DNA from: Nemertoderma westbladi
Lineage: Eukaryota; Animalia; Xenacoelomorpha
Reading direction: 5' to 3'
Assembly (NCBI GenBank): GCA_032718475.1
Contig: JAUCBJ010003596.1
Span: forward strand, 1 to 49,821
Length of the DNA: 49,821 bases
Part shown: positions 34,289 through 47,400 of the stretch, one piece after another
How the letters are laid out: each line of letters opens with the position of its first letter
How positions within the stretch are numbered: position 1 is the first letter of the stretch
Program-made: the position numbers and the translations under genes
Notes under the pieces: generated by a model
What the model saw: the letters and a program-made list of their open reading frames with translations, nothing else
What the model was told of the DNA's origin: nothing
Database searches by the model: none

Positions 34289-34545
34289 AAATCAGCAAAA
34301 ATCAATACTTTATAGTAAATAGATAATTTGTAAATATCAAATCATTTTACGAATATAAGATAAATAAATACAATTGACGAAAGCCAAACCAACCACCACC
34401 AAAACAAGTCAATGAAACCGATCCATTACCTTAATGTACAAATAAATTAACAAACATTAGACGGGTATTGTCATTGAAACCAGGAATCCCTTATCAACAA
34501 ATTTATCCACCATTGTACTGTATATAGCAACCAATAGGTCTGTCA

Positions 34546-35133
34546 TTAGCAACCATAATGTTTTGCAGGTGATCCGCAGTATCCATTTCCAATATAAACC
34601 GATCCTTCGCTGCACGACTGAGGATGAGCTATACCATGGGAACACCAAAAGTAATTTTGTGAACATTTCTCACCGGTTGCTCCATCTGGCTTCCCTACAC
34701 ACTCGGGGTCCGGTTCTCCACAACCGTAGAACTGTGGCGGGGAGCCACAACTCCCTCCCTCAATATAAACAGATCCTTCGCTGCACGACTGAGGATGAGC
34801 TATACCATGGGAACACCAAAAGTAATTTTGTGAACATTTCTCACCAGTTGCTCCATCTGGCTTCCCTACACACTCGGGGTCAGGTTCTCCACAACCGTAG
34901 AACTGTGGCGGGGAGCCACAACTCCCTCCCTCAGTATAAACATATCCCTCAGGACAGGACATTGGAATAGCGTCTCCATTGAAACACCAGTAATATGTTA
35001 CCGAACATTTCTCACCGGATGCTCCATCCGACTTTCCTTCACACATCGTTAAACCTTCAGCAGACCCTTTCTGAACTTCTGAAAGCGTAAATATTCCAAA
35101 TAAGATCCACGTTAATCTCATTATATTAATCAT
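34546..35133 (-). CDS. Secreted protein with three chitin-binding type-2 (peritrophin-A-like) domains, 195 aa, single exon
   Basis: Hydrophobic N-terminus; three 6-Cys units C.GK.DG....C...Y.WC..G......C.EG.VY.....C........C repeated at 56 aa (168 bp). Confidence 0.82.
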   Translation of the reverse strand: MINIMRLTWILFGIFTLSEVQKGSAEGLTMCEGKSDGASGEKCSVTYYWCFNGDAIPMSCPEGYVYTEGGSCGSPPQFYGCGEPDPECVGKPDGATGEKCSQNYFWCSHGIAHPQSCSEGSVYIEGGSCGSPPQFYGCGEPDPECVGKPDGATGEKCSQNYFWCSHGIAHPQSCSEGSVYIGNGYCGSPAKHYGC

Positions 35134-35719
35134 TTTTGTAACTATCCTTAATGACTAAACCTAAACAGATAAATATGCATAGGAGTTTAAATGGAGCAAT
35201 AATGGTGGGCTGTAAGTTTAAGTATACTGTAAAAAGAAGAAATTACCATAAGGTCAAACATGAGATTTGATTTGCCAACGTCTGTGGAAGCACTTACTGT
35301 AGTTATGTTTTACAAACTTATGACAATAATGCGCAACTACAGTAGGCCTACGACACGACTTATTCTCGCAGCCAAAAATATGGTAAAATTAAAAATAAAC
35401 ATTCTGGTATATTAAACTTACTTTACTCTTACCAGTTCAATAAACGTTGCACTACACTTTATACAATAATTTTAATAAATATATTAATGGATTTTAATTA
35501 ATTTTATATTATTTATTTATTATTTATTTCACACATTATACGCTACAACTGTATACGGGTACAAATGGTAAAGTACCAACTCTAACGCTTGAAACAAACC
35601 ATATATTAGCGAGAGCTTAATGTAGCACTTATGCAGCACATAGCACATATCACCACTAGCTTTATAAGATACCTCGTCATTAGGTCTATTACAGTAGTTA
35701 CTCTATTACGGTTTCCATA

Positions 35720-36110
35720 TCTAACTGCTGAGGACACCAAATCTCTGGATGGCACATTCACAAGAATGCTACGCCGGGTTCATTGTGTCAAGTACAATGC
35801 ACACATCTCCAACCAGACACTATATAACATTGGAGGTGTCTCATTGGTTCCCCCAAGCTTGACACTAGAACAAAATCGCCTCCGCTTTGCAGGACATTGC
35901 TTTCGCCGTGAGGACCAGCCAGTGCATAATCTTGTACTTTGGCAGCCTCATGGAGTGAATAAGCATGGTGGACAGCCCATGACTTTCTTGAGACGCATCT
36001 TAAAAGACACTGGCCTTAAAGATGCGGATGATCTAGCAAATGTCATGGGTGATAGGGAGTTGTGGCGGTGCAATTTTGTTGACAAGCCGGCACAGCATTC
36101 TTAAAAATGC
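35720..36110 (+). mobile_element. RTE-like LINE 3' fragment
   Basis: LDGTFTRMLRR...RLRFAGHCFR....VHNLVLWQP...DTGL...M.DRELWR, typical of the C-terminus of RTE-clade ORFs; a related copy lies at 41582-41705. Confidence 0.8.
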
Positions 36111-36756
36111 AGCTGCAATGCAGCATGCCGATCCTAGTAGTATATTGTTGTGGTGGCCTATTGATTTTATCTAGTTTCACTTCGGGTGGAATGATTTAGC
36201 AGGCTGTACTTAATTAGCCATGTAATTATATCGTTATGGATCGACTAAATATTGATTTTGTACATAATAATTGGGATAGAAATATTTCACGGGGTGGCCA
36301 GCCATGTGGCGCTTCTGTGGAGCCAAAGGGGAAAACAGGGGGGTTCATTCCGAGTAATGGTGTATTAGTTTATAAGAGGTTAAGTTATATCCAAAAGGTT
36401 CTGGAGCGATTGCCACGTTCCACGATACTGTTGAGAAGAGCAACCATCGTATTTAAATGTCTAGAGATACTTTATAGGAGGGTAGCGCTGTGGCGCTGTG
36501 GCGCCAGCACGAACGTTGTTTTGGAAAATCTATGAGTTTAAAGTTCTAGGTCTAAAACTCGGTCCGGGTTTCAGCTCGGGGAGACTAGTGAGACACCTAC
36601 AATATTGTATAGAATCTGATTGCTGATGTATTCATTGTACTTGAAACAAGTGAACCCTGTGTAGCATTCTTGTGTATGTGCCACCAAGATATTTTGTGTC
36701 CTCAGCTGTTAGAGCCCCATATACGGACGGGACCCCATACGTCAATGACTCCCATA

Positions 36757-38106
36757 CAGGGCCGGATTAACCAATAGGCTAACAAGGCTGAGCCGTGGGG
36801 CCCCCTAACTTTAGGGGCCCCAAGGAAGGGTGGGACAATATGATGATATTTAAATCATAATATGACTATAACTTCGTGGTATAATTTTGACTGGGTGTTT
36901 AAAAGCTGTTCAAAATTTAACACATACTGTACTGTATTTCTGGTCGCTCCGCTCGCATTGTTTCTTTGTACAGATGTACACACAGACAATAATTTGACAA
37001 AATAAAGAGTTAAATTTTAATAAGGGATTGAAATACAGTAGTAATTCTATTTTTAAACGGCCATCACACTGAATGAGAATGATAGTGGTGTAGTCATGAA
37101 ACGTAAGTATAGTAATATATAGTCAATCAAAGGAGAAAGTGTTCACTTTTTATTGAGATGGTATTCCTGTCTCCTTGGATATACTGTACTCAAATTTCTG
37201 CACGATTCATTCTTATCTACCAGTGTCAATGACCCAATATTTTTCAAAATTAATTTCAGAAACAGCGAAATTGAAAATTTCGGCTCGAACTCAGCCACAC
37301 CAAAAAATAGGAGTTGGAAATACTGTATAGGTATTATTTGTTTGGGAAGCTCGTCAACAAGAAGTTTTTGCGATAACTACGAACATCGATTCCTTTCCTG
37401 AGTCCCAGTAGTACAAGCACGATGAATGTGCCAAGGCCCAAGACCACCTCAGACCACCTCAGACCAGTGCTTCTGACCAAAATTTCAAAAATTGTGATGC
37501 TAATGGCCTTATCATATCAGGGGTGCTGCTGCCTGCCGGTTAAGGGCCCCTCATTGGTCGTTAGCCTGGGGCCCCTCATTGGTCGTTAGTAGGGGCCCCC
37601 AGCTGCTGCCTGCCGGTTAAGGGCCCCTCATTGGTCGTTAGCCTAGGGGGCCCCAGCTGCTGCCTGCCGGTTAAGGGCCCCTCATTGGTCGTTAGGGGCC
37701 CTTCATTGGTCGTTAGCCTAGGGGCCCCCAGCTGCTGCCTGCCGGTTAAGGGCCCCTCATTGGTCGTTACCCTAGGGGCCCTCAGCTGCTGCGTGCCGGG
37801 TAAGGGCCCCTCATTGATCGTTGGCCTAGGGGCCCCCAGCTGCTGCCTGCCGGTTAAGGGCCCCTCATTGGTCGTTAGCCTAAGGGCCCCTCATTGGTCG
37901 TTAGCCTAGGGACCCCCAGCTGCTGCCTGTCGGTTAAGGGCCCCTCGACCCTCATTTGTCGTTAGCCTAGGGGCCCCCAGCGGCTGCCTGCCGGTTAAGG
38001 GCCCCTCATTGGTCGTTAGCCTAGGGGCCCCCAGCTGCTGCCTACCGGTTAAGGGCCCCTCATTGGTCGTTAGCCTAGGGGCCCCCAAAACCTTAATCCG
38101 GCCCTG
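36757..38106. mobile_element. hAT-type non-autonomous element (1350 bp)
   Basis: 14-bp TIRs CAGGGCCGGATTAA / TTAATCCGGCCCTG; 8-bp TSD CTCCCATA at 36749-36756 and 38107-38114; no transposase. Confidence 0.93.
37523..38086. repeat. GC-rich subterminal tandem repeat, 54-bp unit with truncated variants
   Basis: GGGCCCCTCATTGGTCGTTAGCCTAGGGGCCCCCAGCTGCTGCCTGCCGGTTAA repeated about 10 times. Confidence 0.92.
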
Positions 38107-38529
38107 CTCCCATATATACAGTATGATTACTGGTTCTCTCTCTCTGCTGCCGTACATAATCCAACTTTCAGATTCCTATTCAATAAGGTACTGCCCCAGC
38201 CCATGCCTTATCCTTACTCTTCGGGCCTGACGTCTGGATCCTTGATCCAAAGAAGCAGAAGTCATTCTCATGCTCAAGCAAGCAGTGCGACCCAATTGTT
38301 TTGGACATATTATTAATTCAATGTTGCACTCAAAGAAATACAGTATAGCGATCGCCAATCTATTTAACACCTTGGAGGGAAATTTAAAATTAATATTTAT
38401 AGTTTTACACTTTACAGTGAAGATTTGAAGTAGGTCTAGTTAAACCTGTTTGATTAACTCGTACTGCAGTAATTCATGTAAACGGTTATCTACGGTAAAC
38501 TGTAATACATTACAGTTTACTTTTGCTGC

Positions 38530-40156
38530 GAAGCAACTTTGGGCAAGATCCATTGAAAGGAACAGGTTGCGATATACAGAGCTGCTAAGCGATGGAGACA
38601 GTTCTGTTTTCAAAGAGGTCCGAGAGAACCCTCCATATGACATCGAGCACCCAGTAAAGAAATATGAGTGTATTAACCATATCGCTAAAGGAGTTACCAA
38701 TGGCCTTGAATCAGTCCGTAAAGAAAAAAGGATTGGTGGTGTCAATGGGCTCTCTCAGCCACGGATCAGACAACACGCCAGTTATTACCGTAACACTATT
38801 GTTCACCATGTCTCTTCTGTAGACTACCGAACTATAGACCCAGACGAACTGGAGAACCTCGTTGACACCATAATACGGGAGGTGAAAGCTACTGTATTTC
38901 ATTACACGAATTATCCAGAATCTCAGCGGGAAAGAAAACATGAGGATTGTCCGATACGGTGGTGCAAAGCGATCCAGAAAGACCCAACCTACAAGGACAA
39001 ATCCTTCATCAAGCCCGAATGGCATGCCCACATTATGCCCGTATACAATAGACTTACAGATCGGAATCTATTGAAGCGTTGCCTTCCAGGTCTCACGCAG
39101 AACCAAAGTTAATCTATTCATGGTCGACTTTGGAACAAATGTGGGAAGGATAAGTTCCAGGGAAGAACAACATTGGAATTCCATGCGTACCGGTATTTAT
39201 ACTGGACTTGTGCACAACAGGGGTTCATCTGCAGCTCAGATACTGTATATGAAGTTGGGCCTGTGGTAAATATGGCGATAGGGTGCAAGGTGAGAGACCG
39301 CAAGAGAACTTCACGAAGCCTCCTCAAACGAAAATCAAGGAAATTCCGCCCGGATAACAATGATACCGCTTACAAACCTGGGGGGTTTTAGAAATTTATT
39401 TCAGTTTGCTACTGCGAAGTCCCCATAAATCTATATTTGCTTTATAACAGACTGTTGAAACCTGTCCAGTTAGATTCGTCATGTCGTTATTAGTGGTATA
39501 CAGTATGATATAACACATGAAATATACACCAGAAAAATTTTTTAAATAATATACTGTATTTTATTTAAGTATGTTTCACTTTCAAATGCATTTTTCTCAA
39601 AAGGAAATAATTTTGCACATTTTGTCTATCTACTTCTGAACGGCTCAGCCGATTTTGATTCTGTTTTCGCTATTGTAGCCCTTACCCTTATAACTGTAAA
39701 ATCTGAACAGACAAAATTTTGTATAAACATCTAGAAATTTTTTTCTTCGATTTTTTGTGTCATAATTTTCAAATAAATTGTAAATATCTGGTGAATGATT
39801 ACTTATGATATCATAAATTGGTAACCACTAACAATATCAAAATTTTGTCTGCTCAGATTATTGTCCACCCGATATTGGTCAAAATAAAAAAAAATTGAAA
39901 ATATTGAAAAGCAAAAAAGTAGATGCATTTTTAAAAATTCGCATTATTTTCGGTGAAAAAAAATGCAAAAATAAAAAAAAATTTGAAAAAAATATTTTTT
40001 TTTCATTTCAAAAATTTTTTCTGAGATTTCTACACCTTTTGGCTACAATATGGTGAAAAAAGTAAATTAATCGGACATGTGGTTCTAAAATGACAGCTTA
40101 TATATGTACTTTAGAATGGCAAATATATATTTTTCGGGGGTGTCCTCCCCGCCCCC
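38530..40156 (+). mobile_element. 5'-truncated DNA transposon with a dead DDE transposase (Mutator-like domain, Kolobok-type end)
   Basis: LRYTELLSDGDSS, KYECINHIAK, YYRNTI, H..CP..WC and LLKRC..G.TQNQS*SIH..LW (stop where Glu is expected). The AT-rich 3' region ends ...GCCCCC|TTAA at 40156. Superfamily tentative. Confidence 0.72.
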
Positions 40157-40904
40157 TTAAGCCATCAGCAAAGTCTAGATCAGTAAGGCACTTTCCTCTA
40201 CTTCTTGTGCCAGTAGGGGGTGTCACCATCACACCATCTTTTTATAATGGTCAAATTCGTTTAACATCAACCACAGTTACTTTATGAACTATTGTTGTGG
40301 AACCATTGTACAGTGATCTGAACATTAATTTACTAGAAACCTGGATTTTGTCTGGTCTATAAAATTAAATAAAAAACGAATACTTGAATTGTAATGTATT
40401 GTGAATTGTGTATAAGTATAATAGAATCCAAACAGTGATTACTATGTACTTTTGTGCTGCAGGAATCATTTTCCCACGTTAAACATGATAGTTTTATCAC
40501 ATACAGTATCTTTGGTTGCAACAAATAATTCGACATGTGAAACAAATAAGTCAATGTTATAGTGTTGGTTGACACACATGCCATCTACTGTACACCTGTA
40601 CTTTTGAACGTTCACATATACTGTAGGATACAGTAAGGATACAGTATGGATAGAGACAGAAGGGGGGGGGGACTTTCGATGCAATAAACATTCATCCCTC
40701 TCCAGGGGAAAATCAATGCCAAACAGCTGATTACTAATTTGTTATATTGACTTTAGTGGCGGCCCAAACCCTAATTAAGATTAGATCGATGTAATATGTC
40801 ATTGTATTTTTTTTTGTTATACAGTAGTATATTAGGTCGTTAATGAATTAGAATATTTATTTAATTATTCCATTGTTGAATAAATATATTAGTTGAATAA
40901 TAAC

Positions 40905-41460
40905 TATATTACGTCATTGTTCATATAGCATTTTATTTATAGCGTTACGGCACCAGTGATTTTGAATAAAATGAAATTATGTATTAACCTCGCTACGCTC
41001 GGTAAATAAAATATCTCGAGTCTAGTGAAAATAATGTTCTACATTATTTACCATGCAATAAATAATTATAAAGTGCTAATTATGAACAATGGCGAATCTA
41101 AATTTATTTATTTGTGGGGAATTATTTGTAATGATGCACTTAAAAACGTTCTAGAATAACCTAATAATTAGGCGGTGACATCTTGGATAAACTGGAAATA
41201 CATATCCCGCCGCAATGTTAAATTCTCTATTTAAGGAAAGGAGCAGGTTACAGTGGCACGATATTTTAACCAAAACAATAAACTAAACACAATATAACAG
41301 GTTACAGTTTTATTTTTGAGAGTAATCATCTGTTATTTGCGTCCAATTTCCCCTGGAGTGGGATGAAATTTTATTGCGTCAAGTTTTCCCCCCTATCATC
41401 TGACTGCGTTATAAAGTTAGAAAATATGTCGCCCTGGCGAGTTGGCAGTGCGAAATAAAT
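40905..41460. mobile_element. Short interspersed repeat / MITE-like element, copy 2 (inverted relative to 7145-7480)
   Basis: taaagtgctaattatgaacaatggcgaatcta...ttgtgggg...ttctagaataacctaataat and agaaaatatgtcgccctggcga are reverse complements of copy-1 blocks. Confidence 0.7.
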
Positions 41461-41581
41461 TTCATACAAATGAGTAAAAAGGGATATGAATTTCATCAAT
41501 ATTCCTAGACATCACTATTAAAGTGATTAATTAATTAAGTTAAGCGTTCGGAACCCCATGCTCTATGCTGAGAGAGAGAGA

Positions 41582-41705
41582 GGATAGCCCATGACTTTCT
41601 TGAGAGGCCTCTTACTAAGGAACACTGGTCTAGAAGATGCGGATGAACTCGCGGAAGTCATGGAGTTGTGGCGGCGCAATTTTGTCGATAAGCCGGCATA
41701 GCATT
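41582..41705 (+). mobile_element. Short RTE-like LINE 3' remnant
   Basis: agcccatgactttcttgaga...gatgcggatga...ggagttgtggcgg.gcaattttgt.ga.aagccggca matches 35970-36100. Confidence 0.8.
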
Positions 41706-42523
41706 TTACTGCACAATTGTGGATTGCATAGATTGCTTATTTTGGCTCTCGTGCTGCGCGAAAGCCGCACAACATGTTAACTAACCGACTAATGAAACGA
41801 ACATTAAAATACATAAAATATCGTACAGTACCCATTAAACTCAAGTAAAACGGGAAATTTAACTACTAAAAACGATTAACTACAGTAAATAAAATATTAA
41901 CTAATGAAACGAACTTTAAAATTTATAAAATATTGTGCCAAAAAAACGCAAATAAAACGAACATTAAAATTTAACTACTAACAAAACAAAACGAATAACT
42001 ACGGAGACCGACGTAGGATATAGGTTCTAAATTACAGTAGTACAAATAAATTAATACATGAGATGAGTCTAAAATTGTTTAATCTAAAATAAAGTATGGT
42101 CCGTACAGTAGCGGCCAAATATTTAAATTACACATTACCTGTACACCATTAGGGAATGAATTTTAGTGGGAGTTTTTCGTAATGCTTGTTTAAGCGCGAC
42201 TCAAAAACGTTCGATGATACGACAAATTCAGATAAAGCATTCCAATGGTCGATTACCCGAAAGTGGAACGTGGCGTTTCGTTGCTGAAGTCGTGCTTGCG
42301 GTTTAAATAACTTTCTCGAGTGGCCACGCCTACCAGATTCTTCTTGCTCTTGGTAATGGTAGCGGTAGGTAGCAGCGATCCTGATCCTGTGAAGGACGTA
42401 GTTACCTTTATATTTTTTAAATTATACCGTACTGCAGGGTGTACTGGTGTAGCGTGTAGCCTACTGTAGTCCGGTACTACAGTACTGTAGTATAGCTGTA
42501 TAGGTTATACCAAAGTTATCCAT

Positions 42524-43726
42524 ATGGACACAAAGAGACTAAAGACAGACAATCCTGAGGCCTCGGCAACTTCTCCAGACACTCTCCACCAGAATGGAAG
42601 TCTCCAAACCGCGGCTAATAATTCTACGAACACAGCTATGATAGAAGACCCTGTTGAGGATGTGTACGCACCGAAATACGCAGACAAAGCCTACCAATAC
42701 TGTATAAAGTATATGCACGGAGCCTGGCGGGATTTAAAGAGAATAGACTTTAAATGCGGCCACCTTAGTGGAGGAATGAGCAACCTGCTGTTTCTGTGTG
42801 CCTTATCCGAGGATATCGCGCTGATCGGGAAGGAGCCAAGACGCGTATTACTGCGGATATTCGGAAAAATGATAGAATGCCCTGTTCGCGAGAACGTTGT
42901 CTTCAGTATACTTGCCGAGAAGGGGCTGGGCCCCAGGGCTTACGGAGTCTTTAAGGAAGGCCGTCTGGAGGAGTATATAGAGAACTCTCGACCTCTTTGT
43001 AACTTGGAGTTATCAGAGAGCGCCATATACGAATCGGTGGCTCGCGATTTGGCAACTATTCATTACTTAGAGATGCCTTTACCAAAGGAGCCGATATCAG
43101 TAGTCAACAAAATGGAGGACTGGATGAGAGCACTTGTCTCATTAATAAGCCCAGAATCAGTCGACACCTCAGCTAATAGTTACACTAGCGTTCTTAGAGA
43201 TATATTTTCTGGACATAATTTAATCGAGGAGTTCAAATTTGCCATCGATTTACTGAAATCCTCGAAATCTCCCGTAGTTTTTTGTCACAACGATTTGCAG
43301 TGCGGCAATCTTCTGTTCCGTAAACCCTGTCCAGTTGGCTGTAAGTCGGTAGTTTTTATCGATTTCGAATATTGCGGCTACAATTTCCAAGCGTTCGACT
43401 TCGCTAATCATTTTAACGAGTACATGTTCGACTATTCGATTCGGGTTCCTCCGTATTTCGCGTGTAACGAGTCGCTTTACCCGGATAAACATCAGCAACT
43501 TCAGTTCTTGGAGGTTTATATGGAGAAAGTAATTGATTCCAGTGGCTGTCTGGCGGTTGAGGATTTGCTCGAAGAGATAGCTAGACTGGCTGTCGTTGTT
43601 AACATCGTGTGGGCGCTCTGGTCTCTTGTAATGGTGGTTTGTTCCGACCTAGGGGACTTCGATTATTTATCGCACGGAAAATTTAGATTAAAACTAGCGA
43701 ATCAATTCAAATCAAATCTTAAATAA
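42524..43726 (+). CDS. CHK: Choline/ethanolamine kinase (CHKA/CHKB-like), single exon, 400 aa
   Basis: GGMSNLLFLC, EPRRVLLRIFG, LGPRAYGVF..GRLEEYI, Brenner motif CHNDLQCGNLL and choline kinase motif IDFEYCGYN..AFDFANHFNE. Confidence 0.95.
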   Translation: MDTKRLKTDNPEASATSPDTLHQNGSLQTAANNSTNTAMIEDPVEDVYAPKYADKAYQYCIKYMHGAWRDLKRIDFKCGHLSGGMSNLLFLCALSEDIALIGKEPRRVLLRIFGKMIECPVRENVVFSILAEKGLGPRAYGVFKEGRLEEYIENSRPLCNLELSESAIYESVARDLATIHYLEMPLPKEPISVVNKMEDWMRALVSLISPESVDTSANSYTSVLRDIFSGHNLIEEFKFAIDLLKSSKSPVVFCHNDLQCGNLLFRKPCPVGCKSVVFIDFEYCGYNFQAFDFANHFNEYMFDYSIRVPPYFACNESLYPDKHQQLQFLEVYMEKVIDSSGCLAVEDLLEEIARLAVVVNIVWALWSLVMVVCSDLGDFDYLSHGKFRLKLANQFKSNLK

Positions 43727-44442
43727 AACAATCGTGTCGGTTTTGCTTTTACATTTAATTTTTAATCGTGATTCCATAATATGATTTTATTTTACCACCG
43801 ATGATACTTTAACTATTCGAATAACAGTTGATGTGGGAATGAAGGTGAAACTTTATTAATTACAATTTGCTACTTTAATTGAGTGTCGCGGCGCGGGGTT
43901 AATGTTTCTATAAAGTTTTGTTCGGGTTATTTTCAGCTCGGTGGTGAATTATGATGTGTATCTGTTGTTTTTTGAAGATCCTAGATTGGGATAGATAATT
44001 TTTCCACATCATCAACTTTAGTTTCTTTATGATAATTTTTTGGTGTAAATTTAACTGAACTGCGCCGACATCACTGAATCCGATACTGAACTTTAGTTAA
44101 GATTTCGACTTTCGGCAGGTCGGAACTCATTATCCTGGTCTCTGAGTTCGAGTATCTTCTTTAGTATCATATCGTTTTATTTGATTATTTCCATCTTGCT
44201 TTATTTTACTCTGATTATATGTATGTAAATGTATAATTTAGGAAGGGAAAAGGAAAGAATTCATTTTCTGTCTTTTAAAGTCTATCCTTGGTGCATATGG
44301 TAGATTTAGCAAAAATGTTATTGTATTACAAATTACTTTCACTTATGTTTGATTAAATGAATTAATTATTAATGTATTCAATTGATTTGAGATTTTATTG
44401 CCTGGGAACTGTTATGTTAGTCTTATGGGTTGCTTTTAGTAA

Positions 44443-44482
44443 CTAGAAAACCAGGCGCGCTTCGCGCGCCAAGCTTGCTAGT
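44443..44482 (-). mobile_element. Helitron-like 3' terminus (GC hairpin followed by CTAG|T)
   Basis: The minus strand reads GGCGCGC-GAA-GCGCGCC-TGGTTTT-CTAG|T. Confidence 0.6.
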
Positions 44483-44490
44483 CTACAGTC

Positions 44491-47400
44491 TTAGTATCTA
44501 TTATACTATAGATACTGTTAGTATCTATTATACTATAGATACTGTTAGTATCTATTATACTATAGATACTGTTAGTATCTATTATACTATAGATACTGTT
44601 AGTATCTATTATACTATAGATACTGTTAGTATCTATTATACTATAGATACTGTTAGTATCTATTATACTATAGATACTGTTAGTATCTATTATACTATAG
44701 ATACTGTTAGTATCTATTATACTATAGATACTGTTAGTATCTATTATACTATAGATACTGTTAGTATCTATTATACTATAGATACTGTTAGTATCTATTA
44801 TACTATAGATACTGTTAGTATCTATTATACTATAGATACTGTTAGTATCTATTATACTATAGATACTGTTAGTATCTATTATACTATAGATACTGTTAGT
44901 ATCTATTATACTATAGATACTGTTAGTATCTATTATACTATAGATACTGTTAGTATCTATTATACTATAGATACTGTTAGTATCTATTATACTATAGATA
45001 CTGTTAGTATCTATTATACTATAGATACTGTTAGTATCTATTATACTATAGATACTGTTAGTATCTATTATACTATAGATACTGTTAGTATCTATTATAC
45101 TATAGATACTGTTAGTATCTATTATACTATAGATACTGTTAGTATCTATTATACTATAGATACTGTTAGTATCTATTATACTATAGATACTGTTAGTATC
45201 TATTATACTATAGATACTGTTAGTATCTATTATACTATAGATACTGTTAGTATCTATTATACTATAGATACTGTTAGTATCTATTATACTATAGATACTG
45301 TTAGTATCTATTATACTATAGATACTGTTAGTATCTATTATACTATAGATACTGTTAGTATCTATTATACTATAGATACTGTTAGTATCTATTATACTAT
45401 AGATACTGTTAGTATCTATTATACTATAGATACTGTTAGTATCTATTATACTATAGATACTGTTAGTATCTATTATACTATAGATACTGTTAGTATCTAT
45501 TATACTATAGATACTGTTAGTATCTATTATACTATAGATACTGTTAGTATCTATTATACTATAGATACTGTTAGTATCTATTATACTATAGATACTGTTA
45601 GTATCTATTATACTATAGATACTGTTAGTATCTATTATACTATAGATACTGTTAGTATCTATTATACTATAGATGATACTGTTAGTATCTATTATACTAT
45701 AGATACTGTTAGTATCTATTATACTATAGATACTGTTAGTATCTATTATACTATAGATACTGTTAGTATCTATTATACTATAGATACTGTTAGTATCTAT
45801 TATACTATAGATACTGTTAGTATCTATTATACTATAGATACTGTTAGTATCTATTATACTATAGATACTGTTAGTATCTATTATACTATAGATACTGTTA
45901 GTATCTATTATACTATAGATACTGTTAGTATCTATTATACTATAGATACTGTTAGTATCTATTATACTATAGATACTGTTAGTATCTATTATACTATAGA
46001 TACTGTTAGTATCTATTATACTATAGATACTGTTAGTATCTATTATACTATAGATACTGTTAGTATCTATTATACTATAGATACTGTTAGTATCTATTAT
46101 ACTATAGATACTGTTAGTATCTATTATACTATAGATACTGTTAGTATCTATTATACTATAGATACTGTTAGTATCTATTATACTATAGATACTGTTAGTA
46201 TCTATTATACTATAGATACTGTTAGTATCTATTATACTATAGATACTGTTAGTATCTATTATACTATAGATACTGTTAGTATCTATTATACTATAGATAC
46301 TGTTAGTATCTATTATACTATAGATACTGTTAGTATCTATTATACTATAGATACTGTTAGTATCTATTATACTATAGATACTGTTAGTATCTATTATACT
46401 ATAGATACTGTTAGTATCTATTATACTATAGATACTGTTAGTATCTATTATACTATAGATACTGTTAGTATCTATTATACTATAGATACTGTTAGTATCT
46501 ATTATACTATAGATACTGTTAGTATCTATTATACTATAGATACTGTTAGTATCTATTATACTATAGATACTGTTAGTATCTATTATACTATAGATACTGT
46601 TAGTATCTATTATACTATAGATACTGTTAGTATCTATTATACTATAGATACTGTTAGTATCTATTATACTATAGATACTGTTAGTATCTATTATACTATA
46701 GATACTGTTAGTATCTATTATACTATAGATACTGTTAGTATCTATTATACTATAGATACTGTTAGTATCTATTATACTATAGATACTGTTAGTATCTATT
46801 ATACTATAGATACTGTTAGTATCTATTATACTATAGATACTGTTAGTATCTATTATACTATAGATACTGTTAGTATCTATTATACTATAGATACTGTTAG
46901 TATCTATTATACTATAGATACTGTTAGTATCTATTATACTATAGATACTGTTAGTATCTATTATACTATAGATACTGTTAGTATCTATTATACTATAGAT
47001 ACTGTTAGTATCTATTATACTATAGATACTGTTAGTATCTATTATACTATAGATACTGTTAGTATCTATTATACTATAGATACTGTTAGTATCTATTATA
47101 CTATAGATACTGTTAGTATCTATTATACTATAGATACTGTTAGTATCTATTATACTATAGATACTGTTAGTATCTATTATACTATAGATACTGTTAGTAT
47201 CTATTATACTATAGATACTGTTAGTATCTATTATACTATAGATACTGTTAGTATCTATTATACTATAGATACTGTTAGTATCTATTATACTATAGATACT
47301 GTTAGTATCTATTATACTATAGATACTGTTAGTATCTATTATACTATAGATACTGTTAGTATCTATTATACTATAGATACTGTTAGTATCTATTATACTA

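Noticed and set aside
34391-34403. ACCACCAAA as a possible LINE TSD matching 17686-17694
   Set aside because: About 100 bp beyond the recognisable LINE 5' end and low in complexity.
37631-38230. ORFs in the GC-rich repeat
   Set aside because: Translations of the 54-bp MITE array.
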